Virus record (IMG/VR): IMGVR_UViG_3300040809_000504
Coordinates: 1 to 36,520 of that record
Reading direction: 5' to 3' (one strand)
DNA: 36,520 bases
Origin: a virus
The position numbers and the translations under genes were made by a program. The notes beneath the pieces are model-generated. The model was given only the letters and a program-made list of their open reading frames with translations. It made no database searches and was not told the DNA's origin. Below are positions 31,050 to 36,520 of this stretch, piece by piece (within the stretch, counting starts at the first letter, position 1; every line of letters starts with the position of its first letter).

Positions 31050-31250
31050 ATGAAGCAAATAGGCGTATTATTTGGTGATACTCAACCACTAAAGGCGGCT
31101 GACTTATCAGAGGTTGTTGGGCTAAATAAATCGGATGTAATCAGAGCAGCTTTGCATATAGGGATGGCAAAGATAGAAATTGTCGCAGCAAGAAGCGTTC
31201 AAGATGCAAAAGATTTAATTGTTGTTGAAGACGCAAAATGCAGGCAATAA
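31050..31250 (+). CDS. Small putative DNA-binding protein in a stand-alone transcription unit.
   Basis: 66 aa with an AGAAGGAAA SD. The segment LNKSDVIRAALHIGM is helix-like. The gene is flanked by its own promoter and terminator. Confidence 0.5.
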   Translation: MKQIGVLFGDTQPLKAADLSEVVGLNKSDVIRAALHIGMAKIEIVAARSVQDAKDLIVVEDAKCRQ

Positions 31251-31251
31251 A

Positions 31252-31278
31252 AAAGACGGTGTACGAAGCCGTCTTTTT
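31252..31278 (+). terminator. Rho-independent terminator.
   Basis: AAAGACGG-(9 nt)-CCGTCTTT followed by TT. Confidence 0.7.
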
Positions 31279-31325
31279 GGTGTGTTAAAAAACACTTTCT
31301 AAGAAAAAACCAAGGTAATTATAGC

Positions 31326-32000
31326 ATGAAATGGATAAAACACGACACTGACGCTAACCAAGATGCAAAATTGCAAAATGTTTTGCTTGATTATGGGTTG
31401 GAGGGTTACGGGTTGTACTGGTATTGCATCGAGTTAATAGCCGGTAAAGTTGATAAAGAAAACATAACTTTTGAGCTAGAGCATGACGCAAGAATAATAG
31501 CAAGAAATGTAGGTTCAACACCTCAAAAAGTTGAGGAAATGATGAAGTATTTTGTCAAGCTTGGATTGTTTGAAAACTGCCAAGGAACAATAACTTGCCT
31601 TAAGTTAGCAAAGCGCTTAGACAAGTCCATGACTAGCAATCCAGAAATGAGAAACATCATAGAAAACCTAAAAAGTCATGACTCAATCATGACTGAATCA
31701 GAAATAGTCATGCAAGATAAGATTAGATTAGATAAGAATAGATTAGATAATAAAAAACAAAAAAGAACGGTTTTTGCAAAACCTAGTATTGATGAAGTAA
31801 TTTCTTATTTTGGGGAATACGCCATTAGCAAGCAAAGCTTTGTTTCTCGCGATGAGCCTGAGAAATATTTTGATTTTTACGAGTCTAAAAATTGGATGGT
31901 TGGCAAAAACAAAATGAAGTGTTGGAAATCAGCAGCTAGAAACTGGATGCGTGATAAGCTAACGAAAAAAACAAAACAACCAAAAGATTTTAAGGTGTAA
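31326..32000 (+). CDS. Replisome organiser / replication initiator (DUF4373, Lin1244-like N-terminus).
   Basis: MKWIKHDTDANQDAKLQNVLLDYGLEGYGLYWYCIELIA is the family signature. The gene lies directly upstream of dnaB. Confidence 0.7.
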   Translation: MKWIKHDTDANQDAKLQNVLLDYGLEGYGLYWYCIELIAGKVDKENITFELEHDARIIARNVGSTPQKVEEMMKYFVKLGLFENCQGTITCLKLAKRLDKSMTSNPEMRNIIENLKSHDSIMTESEIVMQDKIRLDKNRLDNKKQKRTVFAKPSIDEVISYFGEYAISKQSFVSRDEPEKYFDFYESKNWMVGKNKMKCWKSAARNWMRDKLTKKTKQPKDFKV

Positions 32001-32002
32001 AC

Positions 32003-33328
32003 ATGATTGAGGATATTTTAGAGCAAGAAGCGCTTGTTATCGGTTCTTTGATGAACAACAGCGAAAGACTGGATGAAACAGATTTAACGCCAGAAGACTT
32101 TTCAAGCGTTGAACACAAGCAATACTTTGAGTGCATAAACCAGTGCGCCGCTGAAAATAATTTAAACGTTTTTAGCGTGAAAGAATCATTTGTTAATGAA
32201 ACAGGTGTTACAGATAACTTGTTGCTCGATTATGCAAACAGCGGCTTAGGTGTAACGATAAATCAATTCAAACAATACGTTCAGCGAATTAAAAAAGAGT
32301 CTATAAAAAATAAGGCGCTTGCGATAACGAGCGAGCTAATTGATGGCTTAAACATTGGTAACAACGACTCGATAGGTTCAGCAATAAGCAAATTAATGAA
32401 CGTAGACAAATCTGGGGCGAAATACGACCACAGCTTTACCGATGTGGCAGATAGCGCGTTAAAATCGCTTGAGCGGCTTTACAGTGGCGAATCTGATAGT
32501 ATAAAAACGGGCTTTTCCGACATTGACGAATGCATTGGAGGTTGGCACAACTCAGATTTGATAATAATCCCCGCTAGGCCCGCTCAAGGAAAAACGGCCT
32601 TTATGGTTAATTCATTCCTAAAGTGCAGTGCTAAAGTCGGTGTAATATCTGGCGAGCAAGGGGCGGAGCAGATTGGCGTTAGGTCTGTTTGCATTGAGGG
32701 CGGTGTTAACCATCAAAACTTTAGACGCGCAAAGTTGAGCGATGATGAATTTGATAGGCTTGGCAAAGCCGTTGAGGAATTCAAAATAGCTAACGGCCGC
32801 ATATATGACAAACCTGCACCAACAATTCTAGATGTTGAGAAGATAGCTCGGCAGTGGGTTTATAAACGTGGCGTTCAGATATTGTTTATTGATTATGCTC
32901 AGCGTTTAGATCACGAAAATAAAAAATTATCCAGGTTGGATAAAATGAGTGACATAGCAATGCGTCTAAAAGAGCTTGCAAGGACTTTAAATATTCCGGT
33001 GATAGCGCTGGCGCAAGTTAACAGGCAGTGCGAACAGCGCGAAGACAAGAGGCCAAGAATGAGCGATATAGCAGACGCATCTGCATTTGAAAAAGAAGCG
33101 GATATTATTTTTACCCTTTATCGCGATGAAGTTTACGACGAAGATTCGCCAGAGAAGGGTATTATTGAAGCTAATTTTGAAAAGAATCGTCACGGTTCAA
33201 CTGGTCGCGTTAAATTAAGTTGGAAAGGTCAAACAATGCAGGTTGGAGACTTTACCGGTTATGAAATATCACAACAAGAAACGCAAGATTACACGGCTTA
33301 TCAATCTGATGGATTTTTACCGCAATGA
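32003..33328 (+). CDS. dnaB: Replicative DNA helicase, DnaB family.
   Basis: Walker A is ARPAQGKTAF. Other motifs are LFIDYAQRL and ALAQVNRQCEQREDKRPRMSDIADASAFEKEADII. Confidence 0.9.
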   Translation: MIEDILEQEALVIGSLMNNSERLDETDLTPEDFSSVEHKQYFECINQCAAENNLNVFSVKESFVNETGVTDNLLLDYANSGLGVTINQFKQYVQRIKKESIKNKALAITSELIDGLNIGNNDSIGSAISKLMNVDKSGAKYDHSFTDVADSALKSLERLYSGESDSIKTGFSDIDECIGGWHNSDLIIIPARPAQGKTAFMVNSFLKCSAKVGVISGEQGAEQIGVRSVCIEGGVNHQNFRRAKLSDDEFDRLGKAVEEFKIANGRIYDKPAPTILDVEKIARQWVYKRGVQILFIDYAQRLDHENKKLSRLDKMSDIAMRLKELARTLNIPVIALAQVNRQCEQREDKRPRMSDIADASAFEKEADIIFTLYRDEVYDEDSPEKGIIEANFEKNRHGSTGRVKLSWKGQTMQVGDFTGYEISQQETQDYTAYQSDGFLPQ

Positions 33329-33645
33329 ATGACAAAGCACAGCAAGAGTTTGAAAAGCACTGCAGTGAGTGGCTAAACATGAATTTACACTTAGAAAACG
33401 CGCAAACCGAATACTGGAAAGCTTACAACCAAGAAGAAACAGAGCACAAAAAGAAAAACGCAGGTCAGCGAGCCTTGAATTTGTATTTGCTTGGAGAGCT
33501 TAAAAAAGTCGGCGCGCACATTTGGCGCAAAGATAAAGAGCAAAAAACGCAGGTAAATAAAACGACCGTAAAAAATGCTGATAAAAGTTTAGTGGCATAT
33601 CGCGGTAATGGTTCGCGACCTGATAATATGCGGATAGTTTTATAA
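33325..33645 (+). CDS. Hypothetical basic protein.
   Basis: 106-aa ORF with an ATGA overlap with dnaB. Confidence 0.5.
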   Translation: MNDKAQQEFEKHCSEWLNMNLHLENAQTEYWKAYNQEETEHKKKNAGQRALNLYLLGELKKVGAHIWRKDKEQKTQVNKTTVKNADKSLVAYRGNGSRPDNMRIVL

Positions 33646-33659
33646 TATTAAAATAAAAC

Positions 33660-33687
33660 TTGCATTAGTTAAAATTAATGCTATATT
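33660..33687 (+). promoter_or_regulatory. Sigma70-like promoter: TTGCAT, 16-nt spacer, TATATT.
   Basis: -35 at 33660-33665 and -10 at 33682-33687. Confidence 0.55.
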
Positions 33688-33722
33688 TAACACATCAAAG
33701 CAAAATAAATTAAAGGTTATTT

Positions 33723-34220
33723 ATGAAAAACATTAAACGCGCACTATCAATAGCGCGAGCAACTGCAAAAAACATGTGTTACGTAAGCTTTCAAACCGTT
33801 GATTCTCGCTATCCAAAACTTGAACCAGTGAACTTTAGATCAAAAAAGTTTGCTGCGTTGAGTCAAAAAGCAAGCTCGTATTTAGACCAAGTTAAATTTA
33901 CTTGGCATATTTCAAGCTTTGTTATCTGGCGTAATAAAAAAGGAGATTTAAACGTCACTGAATGTTTAATTAACCCAGTTTTTGATAGGCGTATAGAAGC
34001 AAGTCAATATGCAAAAGCGGCAGCAATAAACAGTGTTAACAGTGATATGAACCCTGACTATATTTTAGCGGTTGGCTATATCATGCTGCCACTTGAAACA
34101 GCAAACGAAACTAAAAATTTTACTTGTGCGTTTGAGAAGTTGAGCGTTGACACTAGCGCTATATTGGATTTGTTTAATATTGATGGCTTGAAAACTGATT
34201 TTGAAAAAGGTGATGTATGA
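33723..34220 (+). CDS. Hypothetical protein, translationally coupled to the methyltransferase gene.
   Basis: 165-aa ORF whose stop overlaps the MTase ATG (ATGA). Confidence 0.55.
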   Translation: MKNIKRALSIARATAKNMCYVSFQTVDSRYPKLEPVNFRSKKFAALSQKASSYLDQVKFTWHISSFVIWRNKKGDLNVTECLINPVFDRRIEASQYAKAAAINSVNSDMNPDYILAVGYIMLPLETANETKNFTCAFEKLSVDTSAILDLFNIDGLKTDFEKGDV

Positions 34221-35074
34221 AAAAAGATGATTTAACAGTATTAAGTTTATTCGATGGTATGAGCTGCGGCAGAATAACATTAGATAAAATGGATATTACT
34301 CCGAAAGTGTACTATGCAAGCGAGCTAGACAAGTTTGCGATTAAAGAAACGGACGCCAACTGGCCTGATACTATTCAACTAGGCGATGTTACAAAGTGGC
34401 GCAAATGGGATATTGATTGGCCTAGCATTGATTTATTAATAGGTGGCTCGCCATGCCAGGGTTTTAGTTTTGCAGGTAAGCAATTAGCTTTTGATGACCC
34501 ACGTTCTGCATTGTTTTTTGTTTATGTTGATATTCTTAATCACGTTAAGAGTGTAAATCCTAATGTTAAATTCATGCTTGAAAACGTGAAAATGAAAAAA
34601 GAACACCTGAATGTAATTACTGAATATTTAGGTGTTGAACCGGTATTTATCAACTCTGCATTGGTTAGCGCTCAAAACCGCCAGCGTTATTATTGGGCTA
34701 ATTGGGATGTAACCCAGCCAGAGGGTCGTGGGATTTTGCTATCCGACATAATTGAGAGTGGTGCAGTTGATAGAGATAAATCGTTTTGTATTGACGCTAA
34801 TTATTTCAAAGGTGGATCACTTAAAAACTACCTAGAAAAGAAACGCCGTCAAATTGCGTTATGTCAAAGCGAATCTAGATTATGCGTGTTTGAAAAGAAT
34901 GATGAAAGACCAGTCAGAAAGCTTACAGTTACTGAATGCTGCCGATTGCAAGGTGTGCCAGATGACTATTTTAAAGTATCGAGCAACACTCAAGCTTACA
35001 AGATGCTAGGCAATGGCTGGCAATGCGATACTATCGAGCATATTTTTAATTGTTTATTTAATGGTGATATATGA
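34217..35074 (+). CDS. DNA (cytosine-5)-methyltransferase, orphan.
   Basis: Motif I LFDGMSCG, motif IV GGSPCQGFSFAG, motif VI ENV, motif VIII QNRQRYY and motif X GNGW are all present. Confidence 0.9.
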   Translation: MKKDDLTVLSLFDGMSCGRITLDKMDITPKVYYASELDKFAIKETDANWPDTIQLGDVTKWRKWDIDWPSIDLLIGGSPCQGFSFAGKQLAFDDPRSALFFVYVDILNHVKSVNPNVKFMLENVKMKKEHLNVITEYLGVEPVFINSALVSAQNRQRYYWANWDVTQPEGRGILLSDIIESGAVDRDKSFCIDANYFKGGSLKNYLEKKRRQIALCQSESRLCVFEKNDERPVRKLTVTECCRLQGVPDDYFKVSSNTQAYKMLGNGWQCDTIEHIFNCLFNGDI

Positions 35075-35637
35075 ACCGGGCAAAACAAAAAAAATGCAAA
35101 CAATGTAAATCACCATTCACTCCATTTAACTCACTACAAAAAGTCTGCGGCGCTAAATGCGCCAACGACTTTGCAATAGCAGAGCGTGAAAAGAAAGAAG
35201 CTAAAGCAAAGGATGATGATATTAAGCGAGTAAAGCAAAAGCTAAAGCAGTTAAGCATGAAAGATAGACCAAAAGCTTTGCGTGCAGCTCGTGAAGCGTT
35301 TAACGCATTTATTCGATACCGCGACAAAGATTTTCCATGTATAAGCTGCCAGAGACACCACAGCGGCCAATATCATGCTGGCCATTACAAAACAAAAGGC
35401 GCTCACCCTGAGTTAGAATTTAATGAGTTAAATTGCCACAAGCAGTGCGCGCCATGCAACAACCATTTAAGCGGTAACATTGTAAATTACAGGCCAAATT
35501 TAATTGATAAAATCGGGATTGATAAAGTTGAGTTGATTGAAGGTTCTCACGAACCAAAAAAATACACGGTTGATGAGTTGTGGCAAATACGCGATAAATA
35601 CAAAATTAAATTAAAAGAGTTAAAAGCGCTTGACTAA
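35071..35637 (+). CDS. ninG: NinG/Rap-family recombination endonuclease.
   Basis: The protein is collinear with lambda NinG. Shared segments are CKQC...FNAFIRYRDKDFPCISC..GQYHAGHYKT...ELNCHKQCAPCNNHLSGN. Confidence 0.85.
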   Translation: MNRAKQKKCKQCKSPFTPFNSLQKVCGAKCANDFAIAEREKKEAKAKDDDIKRVKQKLKQLSMKDRPKALRAAREAFNAFIRYRDKDFPCISCQRHHSGQYHAGHYKTKGAHPELEFNELNCHKQCAPCNNHLSGNIVNYRPNLIDKIGIDKVELIEGSHEPKKYTVDELWQIRDKYKIKLKELKALD

Positions 35638-35685
35638 ACCATAAATAGAACCCATAATAAAACCCAGTTAAGAAATGAGGTTTAC

Positions 35686-35913
35686 ATGGCTGTATTCAAA
35701 ACTAATATACCAGAAGATATAAACGATATGATTAAGCAAGCAGCTAAAGATTCGTTCATGTCACGACAAAAGTATATAGAAAAATTAATTCATGATGATG
35801 CTGAGAATCAAGCGCGAATTATGTTAAGAAGTAAAAAATGTCGCACTCGTTGTGGTGCTAAAGATTTAAAAACCGCTGCGCAATTGCAGCAAGAAAATAA
35901 AGGTGAAATATGA
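35686..35913 (+). CDS. Ribbon-helix-helix-like small protein.
   Basis: 75 aa. The N-terminal FKTNIPEDINDMIKQAAKDSFMSRQKYIEKLI fits a beta-strand plus two-helix RHH pattern. Confidence 0.45.
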   Translation: MAVFKTNIPEDINDMIKQAAKDSFMSRQKYIEKLIHDDAENQARIMLRSKKCRTRCGAKDLKTAAQLQQENKGEI

Positions 35914-36311
35914 TTAATTTAGACGATTTAACAATAGGTCAATTAAAGCAAATTCAAGCGTTAAATTTTGGCGCTAACAATGAAAATTTAAAGTCAAAAT
36001 GTAACGATGGTTTAAATTGCATGATCGGAAAAAAAGTAATTGTTAGAACTTATAGCGCTGGCGTTTGGTTTGGTGAGTTGGAGCAAAAAAGCGGCGATGA
36101 AGTAATATTAAAAAACGCGCGCAGAATGTGGCGATGGCACACAGTAAAGTCAATCAGCTTATCAAGCGTGGCAATTCACGGAATAGATCAAAGCAAATCA
36201 AAAATATGTGAAGCAGTTACTAGTCAGTGGCTAGAAGCAATTGAAATTACACCTTGCACAGATACCGCTATCGAATCTTTGGAGTCTGCTAAAAATGCAA
36301 AAGCTCAATAA
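35910..36311 (+). CDS. Conserved phage protein of unknown function.
   Basis: 133 aa. The segment RTYSAGVWFGEL...ARRMWRW...SLS..A is one I recall as widespread in phage early regions. Confidence 0.55.
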   Translation: MINLDDLTIGQLKQIQALNFGANNENLKSKCNDGLNCMIGKKVIVRTYSAGVWFGELEQKSGDEVILKNARRMWRWHTVKSISLSSVAIHGIDQSKSKICEAVTSQWLEAIEITPCTDTAIESLESAKNAKAQ

Positions 36312-36520
36312 AAAACAAATTTACTGCTCTGGCTCTGGCTCTGGCGATGGCTCTGGCGATGGCGATGGCGATGGCTATGGCTCTGGCTCTGGCTATGGCT
36401 ATGGCTCTGGCGATGGCGATGGCTATGGCTCTGGCTATGGCTCTGGCGATGGCTATGGCTATGGCTCTGGATCTGGCGATGGCGATGGCTCTGGCTCTGG
36501 CTATGGCTCTGGCTCTGGCT
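36295..36520 (+). CDS. 5' part of the wrap-around Gly-X dipeptide-repeat protein gene (continues at base 1 after removing the 127-bp duplicate).
   Basis: The ATG at 36295 is in the Gly frame, with GGAG 10 nt upstream. It overlaps the upstream gene by 17 nt. The product reads MQKLNKKQIYC then SGSGSGDGSGDGDGDGYG... Confidence 0.6.
   Translation, partial: MQKLNKKQIYCSGSGSGDGSGDGDGDGYGSGSGYGYGSGDGDGYGSGYGSGDGYGYGSGSGDGDGSGSGYGSGSG
36328..36520 (+). repeat. Hexanucleotide array (GGC-TCT/GAT/TAT), 5' portion.
   Basis: The array starts abruptly after ...ATTTACTGC. There are 32 hexamers to the contig end, and the last 127 bp duplicate bases 1-127. Confidence 0.95.
36394..36520. repeat. Terminal duplicate of bases 1-127.
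   Basis: The two copies are identical over all 127 bases. Confidence 0.95.

Noticed and set aside
36312-36520. Trp-Leu/Trp-Arg frame as an N-terminal extension of NinB (no stop between 36312 and 309).
   Set aside because: This frame contains no ATG, GTG or TTG codon before the ninB ATG at 309. A (W-[LR])n extension of about 130 aa is biochemically implausible.

Overview
The window is one complete, circularly closed dsDNA phage genome with siphovirus-type structural genes. Bases 1-127 are identical to 36394-36520, so the unique length is 36,393 bp. It is AT-rich, tightly packed and mostly plus-strand. The modules, in order, are as follows. (1) A lambda-like nin region: ninB and an HTH gene. 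(2) Lysis genes: M15 endolysin, a 30-aa TM peptide and a 3-TM holin. (3) About 4.3 kb of small accessory transcription units with their own sigma70-like promoters and terminators. These include a hexapeptide-repeat protein, an Acb2-like small protein and membrane proteins. (4) TerS, TerL, portal, MuF-like protein, scaffold and major capsid protein. (5) Three accessory structural ORFs. (6) An inverted five-gene cassette plus a two-gene unit, wedged between the head and neck genes. (7) Neck genes, major tail protein, G/G-T chaperone with an A-AAA-AAG slippery site, tape measure, tail tip and two collagen/LamG fibre paralogues. (8) A leftward early operon: small HTH, Rad52-like annealase, Gp157-like protein and a secreted protein. 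(9) A divergent promoter region. (10) A rightward early/replication operon: replisome organiser, DnaB, an orphan C5-methyltransferase and ninG. I found no integrase, tRNA, CRISPR array or reverse transcriptase. The most unusual element spans the contig junction (36295..36520 joined to 1..309). It is a roughly 370-bp array of GGC-TCT/GAT/TAT hexamers, GC-rich against the AT-rich genome and open in all three forward frames. In the frame with a start codon, an SD and a TAATG coupling to ninB, it encodes a 135-aa protein. That protein is an 11-aa head followed by 124 residues of strict Gly-X dipeptide repeat (X = Ser, Asp or Tyr). All family assignments come from motifs read by eye and need HMM or BLAST confirmation.
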